From Octopus sinensis (Eukaryota), in assembly GCF_006345805.1 (NCBI RefSeq), contig NC_042997.1:147932001-147996000 (forward strand): a stretch of DNA of 64,000 nt. Direction: 5' to 3'. A program made the position numbers and the translations under genes. The notes under the pieces are model-generated. The model was given only the letters and a program-made list of their open reading frames with translations. It was not told the DNA's origin and searched no databases. Shown here piece after piece: positions 28,018 to 40,603 of this stretch. How positions within the stretch are numbered: the stretch's first letter is position 1; every line of letters begins with the position of its first letter.

Positions 28018-28058
<41 letters not shown>

Positions 28059-28292
28059 GTACATATATATACATAGACGCAGCACGTGTTGATTACTCAT
28101 TACTCGGTTCTTGATTCAAAAGTATATTCTCAGTACTTCCGCAGTGCGAAACTGGTACTTTATTTATCGACCCCGAAAGGATGAAAAGCAAAGTCGACTT
28201 CGGCGGAATTTGAACTCAGAACGTAACGACAGACGAAATACCGCTAAGCAAGTCGCCCGGCTTGCTAACGTTTCTGCCAGTACGCCGCCTTA
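27930..28292 (-). mobile_element. SINE family B interrupted by a (TA)n plus 69-bp insert
   Basis: 3' tail at 27930-28017, 5' part at 28141-28292. Confidence 0.8.
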
Positions 28293-28569
28293 TATTATCT
28301 CATATAGAAACTCTCCTTAACATCGGTTACTACGGTGTTATTTGATTCTCAAATTTATTTTGCAGGTAGTGTGATAGTGTAGCAATAATCAGCAGCTGTA
28401 TGAGATAGATAAACAAAATAGAGATTATAAAATAAAAGTAGACTGATTTAGGATTTTAAAATTATAGACTTCTTTGTACTACCCCGAGTAGAGAGTCAAT
28501 ACATTTTGTCAAGGCTTACTTCACATTATACAATATTGCATATATAAGCTCTGATGAACTGGCATCAAA

Positions 28570-29060
28570 GTGTAGAGTTAGCCATGATAGTGTTCATGAC
28601 ATTTTGATTTACGCGGATATTCAGGTACCAAACAACTAATAGATGGGCACATAAGTGAAGGGATTAATTACTGCATTAAATTCTTGAACTCAGTAAAAGA
28701 GACAAAACCTTTCAAAAAGGCTCATAACTGGTGATGAAACTTGGATTCAACATTAGGAGCCAGAGTCAAAAAGGCAATGGAATGTCGTTATCCGACGCCT
28801 TTAAAGACAAAAAGTTTCAAGGCAGAAAATCCAGCTGCAAAATTCATGTCGGCTGACTTTGGAAAATTTCAAAGTGTTATTCTTGTCGATTTCTTGCCAA
28901 GAGGAGAAACGTTCAATACTGAAGCTTAAATTAAGGCCCTCAAAACTAAGAGCACGAAGTCACCGAGTAAGACGAAATTTGAAGACTAAATTTTCATCTT
29001 CAGGCCTCACTTGAGTTTCAGAACAAAAACAGAAATCAGTTATTTCGTGTAGACAACTCT
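28570..29060 (+). mobile_element. Mariner transposase fragment
   Basis: LITGDETWIQH*EPESKRQ; GVILVDFLPRGETFN-type motif. Confidence 0.8.
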
Positions 29061-29084
29061 ATCTCATCCAAAACTCGCGTAAAT

Positions 29085-29253
29085 TAGGGGAGGGTGCCAA
29101 TCGATTAGATCAACCTCACTACGCAACTGACACTTAGTTTATCGACCCCGAAAGGCCAAGTTGACCTCGATGGAATTTGAACCCAGAATGTGCAGACAGA
29201 CGAAATACCGTTTTTCGCCCGGCGAGTTAACGTTTCTGTCAGCTCGCCGTCTT
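29085..29253 (-). mobile_element. SINE family B
   Basis: Reverse complement of head and core. Confidence 0.8.
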
Positions 29254-29429
29254 ATATTTCCTTCATTAATTATAAAGACTGTTCTTTTATCCTGCGAGCT
29301 GTACGAGAATGAAATGGAAAATGTATATAGCTTTAGTCTTCTCAACTCACACAAAACAGGATATTAGCAGTAATGGTAACATTAGTATTCTGATGTGAGA
29401 AGAACTAGAATTCATTATCTAATGTACCT

Positions 29430-29812
29430 TTTATCTTTTACTTGTTTCATTCATTAGACTGCGGCCATGCTGGGTCACATCCGTAAACAATTTGTTTTCG
29501 TCGAATGAATCAATCTAAGGACTAATATTTTGTTAAGTCGAATCGCACTTAATCAAACCAACACCCGTTGTCAAGCAGTGTTGGGGGACAAACAGAGCAA
29601 CAACAACACACACACACACATACACACACATACACACACACACAAACACACACACATAGATCATTCATATATACGACAAGCTTCTTTCAGTTTTCGTCTA
29701 CCATATCCACTCATACTGTTTTGGTCGGCCCGAAGCCACGCTAAAGTACTGAACCCAGAACAATGTGGTTGGGAAGCAAGCTTCTTACCACACAGCTACA
29801 CTTGCTCCTATG
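29430..29812 (-). mobile_element. SINE family A
   Basis: Reverse complement of the family A layout. Confidence 0.8.
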
Positions 29813-30381
29813 ATAATTTCTGAACTACCATCATAAATGTCGTAAATTTTAACGTACTCAATGTTATTCTATTTAATATTTCAATAGAATATTACGTATA
29901 CCAATAAATAATGTTTATAAAATATATTTCCTTTCGACATGGACTTTTATGATCCAGCTGGTTTTACAAACTGTTTTACATAAGAAAGAATTTGTATTTT
30001 TGCACACTGCATAAATTTCGTTTGTCGTAATATTTTTTTAATAATTGTAATGCGAATTATGGTATTTGTAATTATTAGTGGCATTTTTTAAATATTTTTC
30101 ATTATTGAATACTATTCAAAGCTAGCAGCAAAACGAAAATAAATAAAAAATTAATGTAAATAAAACATTTCGATTTCTGAGAACAATTTAGTGAGTGACT
30201 AAATTTAGCCAATGAAAATGTCAGGTCATAATAACGTTCGACCTCTTTTATGAGGTCAACCTTAGAGAAATCTGACAACGCGAAAAAGATAATCAATAAT
30301 TTTACAAATTCGTGTTCGATGAAAATGAAAGAACACAAATATTGCATAATGGAATACGCAGTATCATACAAAGTGTATATA

Positions 30382-31674
30382 CGAGGGACGTTCAATAAGT
30401 AATGCCTCTGTCCCACTTGTAGTTGGCTGATCTAGTTGAAATTTTGCATGTGCAGTTATTTCTATCTCTATAGATTAAGTGGCAAATTACAGCTCTGAAC
30501 TAATTGTGTTTTCCTGATTTACAGGTGTTCGAACTCAGTCAAGTGTGAAATGGAGCCTGTTCAGTGTCGAGCAGTGATTCGGTTTTTGTATTTGAAAGGA
30601 CGCACACCACGGGAGACTTTTGATGAAATGAAAGTAACTTATGGTGATGATGCCCCATCATATAACCTTGTAAAACGCAGGCATCGTGAATTCAAGCATG
30701 GTCGGAACTCTGTGGAAACAGCTCCCAGATCTGGTCGCCCCCCTTCTGCCATTGATGAGGCATCTGTCCGTCAAGTTGAGGCTGCCATTTTGGAAGATCG
30801 ACGCATAACTATTCGCCAAATAGCCCATGAGGTCAAGATTAATACCGGGTCCGTGGAAACTATCATTCATGACCATTTGCATATCCAAAAGTTGTCTGCC
30901 AGATGGATTTCCAGGTTGCTCACACCTTTCCAGAAGCAAGAACGCGTCGAGTGCTCGAGGATGAATTTGGAGATGTGCCAAGAAGATGAGACAAAATTTT
31001 TCAAAAGACTGATTACGCAGGATGAAACCTGGGTCCATCACTATGATCAAGAGACCAAAGCCCAGTCAATGCAGTGGAAGCAACGTGACTCACCTCCTCC
31101 AAAGAAGGCAAGGGTGCAGCTCTCCGCTGGTAAGGTCGTGCTCACAGTCTTCTAGGATCAGGGCGGAGTAATGATGACAGAGTTCCTGGCAAGGGGCACC
31201 ACAATTACAGGAGCATATTATGCTTCACTTTTGCGGAATTTAAGAGAAGCTATCAAAATCAAGAGGCGGGGTAAGATCAGGAAAGGCATCCTCCTCCTGC
31301 AGGACAATGCTCCGGTCCACAACTCGTGTGTCGCCAGATTAGAAGCACAGGCATACGGCTATGAACTCCTCTCCCATCCCCCCTACTCTCCTGACCTTGC
31401 ACTCTCTGATTTTCACCTCTTCCCAGCCATAAAGTTGTTTTTGAAAGGAAAGCGTTTCCCAGATGATGCAGCCTTGATTTCTGAAGTCACGTCGTGATTG
31501 GAGAACCAAGCTGGGGTCTTCTACAAAAACGGTATCCAGAGCTGCATCAAACGATAGGAAAATGCGTAACTCTGGGTGGATCTCATGTAGAAAAAGACTA
31601 ATAACTGTGCCAAGTTTCGTTGCTCTACTGTTATGGGAAGTGGGTTAGGGGCATTACTTATTGAACGCCCCTCG
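30382..31674 (+). mobile_element. Full-length mariner (DD34D) transposon, copy 1, inactivated
   Basis: TIRs cgagggacgttcaataagtaatgcc / ggcattacttattgaacgcccctcg; TA on both flanks; 1293 bp; transposase from 30550 with three Trp-to-stop changes. Confidence 0.97.
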
Positions 31675-32161
31675 TACATATATTCATATCTGCCTACCTA
31701 CCTACACACATACACACACACACACACACACACATAGATATATATATATTCTCCGATTTGAAGCAAGAATTTTTAAATACAAGTAAATGACCAAAGAATG
31801 ATGAGCTACTCTAGCGAGAATGGAACCCACGCATCAATGATAACCCGTCTCCTTGTGCATTTAATTGGGCCAAACGCTCACCCATAAATTTCAGCCAAAT
31901 TTAATGAATATATGTTTAAACTGTCTAATATTACATATAATATTAGTAAACAAACCAGAGCCGTGTTAGAGTGGATTTGTGGGCTCCAATTTGGTTAGGG
32001 TTAGCTCATCATGTTTCGGTCATTTGTTTGTATTTAAAAATTGCCGCTTCAAATCGGAGAGTATATATTATTATGATATATTATTATACAGTTATTATAG
32101 TAAGAGCCTTCCATAGTAGCTTTCTCGCCGTGACTTGCGAAGCCTTTCTGGTCTGTTTACA

Positions 32162-32197
<36 letters not shown>

Positions 32198-32371
32198 GCA
32201 ATAATTGTAATGATAGATAATATGGAGATTGGTACATCCTCAAAATTTCTTTTCTTTTATTTTAGTTTATCACACACAATACTTTCATGTATGAGCAGTT
32301 TATTTATCTAAACACACACACGCGCACACACATATGCATACACACACACACTCACATATATATATATATAT

Positions 32372-32580
32372 AAAAGGAAATGAAGAAAAATGCTGACAAA
32401 TAATTGAAGTAATTTAAGTAATTTAATTAGGTGAAAGTTCTTTTTACCGGTTGCGCATTTGTTATGCTTATGCTTATTTTGATAAGCATAACAAATGCGC
32501 AACCGGTAAAAAGAACTTTCACCTAATTAAATTACTTAAATTACTTCAATTATTTGTCAGCATTTTCTTCATTTCCTTTT
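32372..32580. repeat. Fold-back palindrome, about 100-bp arms, 10-nt loop
   Basis: 32372-32471 is the reverse complement of 32482-32580 apart from one 1-nt indel in an A/T run. Confidence 0.95.
32473..32513 (+). ncRNA. Degenerate minimal hammerhead motif at the palindrome apex
   Basis: TTGATAA-GCAT-aacaa-ATGC-GCAA-CCGG-TA-aaaag; three core deviations. Confidence 0.45.
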
Positions 32581-32642
32581 TTATATATCACCACTCGTGT
32601 TCGACATCTCCTGTTTTTAAATATATATATATATATATATAT

Positions 32643-33038
32643 ATTATATAAAAGGGCTTAGTAAAATAAATTACTTTGCCGCATACTGAACTCGTTAGAA
32701 ATAGCAGCTAAAAAAACTTTTTATAAAACTATTTCTAACACTTAAAGAAAACCTCTCTCATATAGTGTTTGCTCAATTCAACTCAAGGAAGTATGGGGGT
32801 AGAGACATTAAAAAATCAAATGCAAAGGTTATTTGAGTACGTACTCAAATAACCTTTGCATTTGATTTTTTAATGTCTCTACCCCCATACTTCCTTGAGT
32901 TGAATTGAGCAAACACTATATGAGAGAGGTTTTCTTTAAGTGTTAGAAATAGTTTTATAAAAAGTTTTTTTAGCTGCTATTTCTAACGAGTTCAGTATGC
33001 GGCAAAGTAATTTATTTTACTAAGCCCTTTTATATAAT
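32643..33038. repeat. Perfect spacer-less 396-bp palindrome
   Basis: Checked block by block: 32643-32840 is the exact reverse complement of 32841-33038. Confidence 0.98.
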
Positions 33039-33584
33039 GTAATAATTTGAATTCGCCTTAAATGGTCCCTTTGCATACTGAATACTTGGTGAAATTGATT
33101 AATTAATTAATTAATTTTACCCTCAATTGTTGAAATTATATATATATATATATATACATATATATACACACACTCACTTATTACAAATAATTGTCGGTTA
33201 TGGTTACTACACCTGATAAAATTACGCAGAGTAATATGTAATGTTTGCGATGGAGGCATAGGCTAAATCATAGCATGTGTAGATTTTGAAAACAATTCGG
33301 TGGCATTCCACGTCCAAGATGGCAATATTCAAGTTAACCGTGAGTTATAGAGCTTTTAATAGTAATCTGTATTAATTACATTATAATATAATAATTAAGT
33401 GCCATATGATTTTCTAACTTCTTTGTTGAGTACTAAATCATGGACCTTTCATTAAAATGGCATTTTTATCATTGCATTTTTATTTGGATTTACTTCTTTA
33501 CTAAAATAAAACTATGAGTAGTTATAAATGTAAATGATAATTAAAAAAAAGGATCAAAGGTACTTCAGGAGCCACAGGATCATA

Positions 33585-33735
33585 AGGCTGATTTCCCAGA
33601 TGTTTTGGCGTATATAGTCTTCATTGGACGGAACGCATGTCTATCGCAAGAACACAACGCGTCATCAGTTCAGGAATCAAAGCCCCAATCTCACGATAAT
33701 GAGTGCAACACTCTAACCACAAAACCACGCACTTC
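33585..33735 (-). mobile_element. SINE family C, internally deleted
   Basis: Head gtggttagagtgttgcactcattatcgtgagattg..gacgcgttgtgttcttg, as at 52881. Confidence 0.6.
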
Positions 33736-34625
33736 TACAAATAATTAGATGGCTATAAAAAATGTTTTAAATATTTATATGAGGATGAGAAAAAACTTTT
33801 CGAAGAAGATGAATTTATTAAGATAAAGTGTAACGTTGCGGTAGAAAAGCGAGTAAACTATTTACTGAAGTAGAGAAAAACCTATAAAAATACATAATTT
33901 CCGATTTCCTACAGATATTCAAGCTAAGCAATTAGTAGAATAAAAATCTAGAAATAATTAAAAACACTTTAACAAAAAAAGCATACACCACTCTAAAATA
34001 AAACAGAAAACTTCACGATGTAACTCTTGACGCATAGGAATAGTATTGAAGACGGACAAAAATTCCAAGAATAAATTCATAACCATTACTGCAATCAAGA
34101 AGATTAATGATTATATTTAGAATACAATATTGAAATGTAGACGTTGGTACAGATTTATTAGCCATGGGCAGAGGCGAAATGTGACTCTTATGAGTAGACA
34201 ATTACATTTAAGATTATTATAGTTTATCTAAATCTATAACAAAGAATCTGAAAGTTAAAGCGAAATACTGAAGCAAAAAGGAAGAAAAAATACAAAAAAT
34301 GTTAAAGAGATCTTAGTCCTCATGTTAATGTAGTCGGATGATAAAAAACCTAAAAATGAAAAAAAATGGGTGGGTAGTCGAATAGAAAACAAAATAATAT
34401 GGCACATCGATAGAAAAAATATATGACTTATGAAATTACAAGAAAAGTTGATGCAATTACCGGAGAAGCAGATAGCGGAAAACTATTTTCATGGTCAAAT
34501 GTTGAAGCGAATCGAAAAATACAAAGTTAGATAAAAAGAAAATCCAACGATTCGTTGCAAACACGAAATTTAAAATGTTCCCCTTAAGAACAGCTGGAGG
34601 TACGCATTTAACCACAATGCATAAT

Positions 34626-34690
<65 letters not shown>

Positions 34691-34693
<3 letters not shown>

Positions 34694-35553
34694 AGTACCC
34701 AAAAGAAACTGGAATTTTGCAATATTATTTCATTCACTTAGTTAATTCAAAGTATTCTCCATTTGACGCGTTTTTCCACTGTTCGAAGCAGTACTGGAAT
34801 TCTTTGCAGAATGATACCATTTAACGCCTCCGTCGTTTTTTACTTCCCCACGTCCACATCTGCAAATTCCATAGCACCAGCTTTCGTCACCAGTAAAGAC
34901 CTTTAAAAGAAGGTTCGGATCAATTTGCATCTGATTCTTTTTTTTTTGTTCACGACAAGCATACAGTAGGGACTGTCTTTAATCTTCCGTGAGCAGGCGA
35001 GGCACAATTTTTGCTGCAACTCTTTACATTCGCAATTCCTCCCTCAAAATTCGTTGGCAGAAGCTCCAAAACTCACCTGTCATATGAAAATGTTCATCAA
35101 TTGTTCAGTGACAATCCACCAAGATAAGTTCATGAATTTTCATGATGTTTTCATTCATTCGTGAAGTCGACGGACGCCCTGATCGAAGTTAGTTTAAAGC
35201 GACAAGAGACCATTCCTACAGCGTGAAAACCACCCGTAAATTTGGGCTTTGCTCATGGCAGTGTCCTTGTAAGCTTTTCGAAGCCTGTCAAATCTGTTTT
35301 GCCGCCACCGCAGAGAACAAAATTTCATGGAAGCACGTTGTTCCTTCCTTTCAGCCATCGCAAAAATCGACGAACATTGGAGCAGCCCTGCAAAATTAAG
35401 ACGCACAACTTGGTAAAATGACTTCGGTTGACGAGCCTGGTCAGCGTACTGATGCCTGAGGGTGGCATCAAGTTACTTCTCGCGGCGGAAGTCTGAGTTA
35501 CAATGGGCTTCTCCCGCAGGGAACGTTTCCGGTTACTTTTGGGTACACTTTCG
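34691..35553 (-). mobile_element. Internally deleted mariner
   Basis: Imperfect TIRs (gtacccaaaagaaactggaa / ttccggttacttttgggtac) flanked by TA; N-terminus MAERKEQRASMKFC..; VFTGDESWCYG joined directly to the C-terminal region. Confidence 0.85.
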
Positions 35554-35636
35554 TATGTATGTGTGTATGTGTGTCTTTGTCCCCCCACCACTCCACTTCA
35601 AGGCACTGCATGGCCGCAATCAAATGATTGAATTAA

Positions 35637-35690
<54 letters not shown>

Positions 35691-35724
35691 TGAATCAAGA
35701 AAAAGAATATATATATATATAAAT

Positions 35725-35995
35725 TTGGGGAGTGAGGGATTTTATCGATCCCTGGAGAATGAAAGGCAAAGTCGACCTTTATGGAATTGAACCCAATCCT
35801 TGAAGCCGGAAGAAATGCGGTTACGCATTTTGCCAGGCGTGCTAAAGATTCTTCTAGCCAGCAGGGGAGATGGCTAGTCGATTACATCAACCTCAGTACT
35901 CACCTGGTAATTATTTTATGGATCCCGAAAGATTGAAATGCAAAGTGGACCTCCGTAGATTTTGAACTCAGAACATAAAAACGGAAGAAATGACT
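35725..35995 (-). mobile_element. Two degenerate SINE family B pieces
   Basis: Reverse-complement core motifs (caaagtcgacc, gatcccgaaag). Confidence 0.6.
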
Positions 35996-36271
35996 AAATA
36001 TCTTTGTATCAAATGGGATCACGAATAAATACTTTCTTGGGAGTGTGTTGTTGCCTCTCCTTTTGTTCTTTGCAATGGAGTTGTGCTGATGCATGTTACA
36101 GTCTACATACACTGTGCATGCTACGTTCTTTCCAGGTATAGACTGTTTCCTCACCTGTGGTTGATGGCACTTGAGAAACTGAGATTGGTTGATATATTAT
36201 TCTACATTTTAAAGATGGGAGATTATGTACATTATTTACAATGGGTGGGTAGGTGTCCTCACCTTGTTTGT

Positions 36272-36322
36272 TGTTGCCACAATGTTTCGATTGATGTACT
36301 CTTCAAACTTCATCAGTTACCC
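36272..36322 (-). ncRNA. Hammerhead-like motif
   Basis: CTGATGAA-GtTTGA-agagtaca-TCAAtC-GAAA; cleavage triplet degenerate. Confidence 0.45.
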
Positions 36323-36548
36323 TGGGTAGAATTTCGAACCCAACCATTAACTAATGGGATACTGTGTTCTCATTCCTAAGGTGATTTTTTTTGCTGAGGT
36401 TATTTTTTCTGTAGATAACTTTTTCATGCCTGAGATTGAACTCAGAATCCGAGACTTCGTAGCCTGCGCTCTTATCCACCACCCTGTATGCCCGTAGTAA
36501 GTTAGTGGGTGAGTTCTTGGACTTATAAACCTGATATTTTATTTTCTC

Positions 36549-36752
36549 TAAGGCGGTGATCTGGCAGTCATGTTTGCTCACCGGGCGAAATGCTTAGGAG
36601 AATTTCGTCAGTCTTTATGTTCTGAGTTCAAATTCCGCCGAGGTCGACTTTGCATTTTATCCTTTCAGGGTTGATAAATTAAGTACCCGTTGCTAATCGA
36701 CTGACCCACTCCTCAGAAACTTCGGGCCTTGTGCCTAGAGTAAAGAAAGAAT
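36549..36752 (+). mobile_element. SINE family B
   Basis: Same head and core. Confidence 0.85.
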
Positions 36753-37633
36753 ATTTTTCCTTTTTATTATACTGGTTCCCATATTACATTCACATCTACA
36801 CTAAGTCTGCTTAAGAGGTTATTTTGTCCTAGCATATGTGCTGCCTCTTTTAATTGTCGTAATGCCCAATGGTGTTCTCTGTCTATTATTTTAACTTCAT
36901 CCCACAGGGGTAGGTGGTCTCCGTTTTTCCATACATTTCTTTGTTTTCAATATGTCCTAGTGTCACAGCTTTCCTCTGCCCTTATTTGAAGAGGGCAGCA
37001 TGTTTCGCCTTACCACATCTGCATGGGATGCAGTACACGCATGTTTTGGTCATATTCTCTTCTATGGGTGGTTTACTTGGAGGAGATATTTGCGAAGCGT
37101 TGTATTACTTCTGAATATTGTCCTGATGTCATATGGACCGCATACCTTTTGTATCTTGTCGGAGAGACCTTTGACATAGGGTTGACAAACTGTGTTTCAT
37201 CCCCTCTTCTCTTCCTAATTGGAGTGGATAGTATATTTTCTGGGCAGTTGTTGCATAGCAGATTGTTTCTTAGCCTGTCATTTCTTCGTGGTGTGTATCA
37301 GGATCGCTACTAATAGATAGTCTTTGGTTGATGTTTTAGACACTGAGCAATCCCTGTATGGATACTGAGAACTGAAGTTGAGGTATTGTCCATTGAAGTT
37401 TGGCTTGCGGTTTACAGCTGTCATGAACCCGTACTCAGTGCATGTCTTTAATACATCCAGGAATGCCAGATGATTTGTCTTTTTCCTTTTCCATTGTGAA
37501 CTGTATGGATGGCTTTATTGAGTTCACATAATCTAGTAGTACTTGGACATCATTCACGCGGGGCCAGAGTATAAAGGTATCATCAACATATCAAAGCCAT
37601 CGACCAAAATATGAGGTCGTTTAAGAAAATGTT

Positions 37634-38078
37634 ACTCTTTACTCTCTTTTACTCTTTTACTTGTTTCAGTCATTTGACTGCGGCCATGCTGGAGCACCGC
37701 CTTTAGTCGAGCAAATCGACCCCGGGACTTATTCTTTGTAAGCCCAGTACTTATTCTATTGATCTCTTTTGCTGAACCGCTAAGTGACGGGGACATAAAC
37801 ACACCAGCATCGGTTGTCAAGCAATGCTAGGGAGGCAAACAGACACACAAACACATACACACACATGCATATATATATATAGACATATATACGGCAGGCT
37901 TCTTTCAGTTTCCGTCTACCAAATCCACTCACAAGGCATTGGTCGGCCCGAGGCTATAGCAGAAGACACTTGCCCAAGATGCTACGCAGTGGGACTGAAC
38001 CTGGAACCATGTGGTTGGTTAGCAAGTTACTTACCACACAGCCACTCCTGTGCCTATAAGCCACTCCTGTGCCTATAA
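37634..38078 (-). mobile_element. SINE family A, near-consensus, with a duplicated 5' terminus
   Basis: Full layout; 19-bp tandem duplication at 38041-38078. Confidence 0.9.
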
Positions 38079-38399
38079 ATAAAATTTTACCTTTAAATAA
38101 AATTTTAAAAACAAAAGATATGACGATGTGCCAAAAATAACGTCTATATTCTGACGCATCTACGCTGTCAGTCGATCTGCTAGTAATAGATGCTAAATAC
38201 CTTTAAAATTATATCCTACTTAAAAAAAATTGAGATTAGATAATGATACACTCTGAATAGACTGAAAGACTCACGAGACAAAACTAGAAAGACTTTGATC
38301 ACAAGTCTGTTAAATTACCGTGGAATCTAGTGCTAAACATCAACAAACATCAAAGAACAAACATTTAAACATCGAAAAAATAATAGAACTATGAACATC

Positions 38400-39310
38400 G
38401 AGGAAGTACATCACGAAGTTAGATCTGGTGCAAACAAATCAGAAGAGAAACAAGATGGCAAGCAAAATTAAAACCCTGTATATATATACATTACACTGTC
38501 CAAGTAAAGAACTAGACGTATATCAGCAAAATTTAAACAAACTTGAATCTTAGAAATATCTAAGATTAGAATACTTTAAAGCTGGAAATGTTCAGAATGA
38601 CAACAATATAAATATGGAAATAATTAAAAAGATTTAAGTTTGATAGAAGATCTAAATACTCTCCTAAAGATTAATTTTAACGATAAAATAACAACGCAAA
38701 CACAAACCGGACCACCGTAGACATACTGGAAACACATGTGAACATAATTATCTCCAGAATATATCAAATAATCTATGCAGCAGTCCGTCTGTAGTAACAA
38801 AACTAAATGGGGAAGTTAAATAAATAAATATTATTATTTGTATTATTTTTCTTATTATTATCACAATCATTATTATCTAAACTGATCAAATAACAGGATA
38901 AAGAAGTATACGAAGAATGGTAGAAAATAAAACAAAGGACGTATCAATCTTAATTAGATTGATAACAAGAAACAAAACAAAAATGAAAGAAAGATAAGGG
39001 AGAATTACGACAGACAAAGAATATTAAAAAAAAGTAGCGAAAAAATGAAGCACTAAATCACAAACAATTCGACGTTCTGAGAAGAAACAACATATGGTTG
39101 CAAAACAAACGCTTTCTTCTATAATCCAAACAGATTTTTACCATGATGTAGGTCAAAACAGAGGAGAAACCAATACAGCTTCAATAGTGAAAGAACTAGA
39201 AATGGAGAAGGAATTATAGCTAGCAGATGAGAGCTTTAAGAATAACAATTACAATAAATTAATATAGAAAAGTTTCAAAAGAGTACTTAGATATAAAACA
39301 GGAACACCTG
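38400..39310 (+). pseudogene. Non-LTR retrotransposon (R4/Dong-like) N-terminal fragment
   Basis: Remnants resembling RLRRY..QN..F..NPNRFY. Confidence 0.4.
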
Positions 39311-39339
39311 GATAACACATGAAGTGTTACATTTTTGGT

Positions 39340-39620
39340 TAGTCGTCTGGTAAAAATGTCGCTTGGCGTTGACGTCTGTCCTTAACCCTAGTAAGGTAGG
39401 CCATCCAAACCTAGTGAACTGCGATTTGTAGGATACACTTCGAGAACTTTTCTACATCAGTTTGTATGGGATTTTGTAATCACTCAGTATTCTTCCATAA
39501 ACACTCTTCTTTAATAGATTTTCAGCATAGACCTTTTGCCATCTCTCTTAACAAATATTTTTGGTCTTCTGATTTCGTTGTCCACATTCTCATGCATGCA
39601 TCTCGTTGCTGGCCTTGTTA
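39340..39620 (-). pseudogene. RTE-like LINE 3' fragment
   Basis: RPATR..D.I-type C-terminal remnant. Confidence 0.4.
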
Positions 39621-40010
39621 TTATCGTTGATGTTTATACTCTCGGTATTATTATTCTCGGTGGTGGGTGTCGTACTTGATGAATATTTGTAGTAGTGTTA
39701 CTTGCTATTGAAGTAGAAAGTATATTGATTATGGTTATGATGTGACGGGTTTTGTTTCAAATACCGCTACTACAGTTGTCGCTATAGCTAGCGGTGGCTT
39801 TTGTGCTGGTCATGCAGTTAGAAACATTGGTAATGGTTTCATTGTCATCAATGTCGATAGTGTCACGTGATGATATTAGTGACACTATTTTAACGTGCTG
39901 ATATTAGCGATGCTATTGTTATTGGTAGTGGTGTTGAAGCTGAAAGACAGGCGGATTAATCTTGTTATCTCTCCTTATTTTAGTTGATGAATAAGAGGTC
40001 CTTTCAACTC

Positions 40011-40063
<53 letters not shown>

Positions 40064-40264
40064 AATTAGAGATAAAACCACTATTTGGCAAATCAAACAG
40101 TGAAAAACATAAACCAAAACATAAAAATAAAATTAATTAATATAATATATAGAATATAAAATATAAAATTCAAAATTTAAATTATTTAAATTTAAAGTTA
40201 AAAATTTAGAATTATTAATTTATATTTATAATGTTTTATATGTGTGTGTATGCGTGTATATGCG

Positions 40265-40554
40265 TTTGTGTATGTGTTTGTCCCCGCCATTATCGCTTGA
40301 CAACCGATTTTGATGTGTTTACATCACCGTAATTTAGCGGTTCGGGAAAAGACACCGATAGAATAAATCCAAGGGCCGATTTCTTGGACTAAAAGGCGGT
40401 GCTCCAGCATGACCATAGTCACAATGACTGAAATAAGTAAAATAATATGAGCTTACAAACCACATGGTTCCGGGCAAGTGTCTTCTGCTATAGCCTCGGA
40501 CCGATCAAAGATTTGAGAGTGAATCTGGTAGACGGAAACTGAAAGAAACCCGTC

Positions 40555-40603
<49 letters not shown>

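Larger units (their letters stand above)
36060..37625 (-). mobile_element. Decayed Penelope-like element (RT C-terminal half, GIY-YIG and tail)
   Basis: RYVDDTFILW; AFLDVL..RKP..GQYLNFSS; WENGDHLPLWDEVKIIDREHHW..LKEAAHM. SINE B nested at 36549-36752; HHR-like motif at 36272-36322. Confidence 0.8.

Noticed and set aside
31153-31560. Three Trp-to-stop (G to A) changes in mariner copy 1, suggesting deaminase hypermutation
   Set aside because: By-eye comparison shows many G/A differences in both directions between the two copies, consistent with general AT-biased decay.
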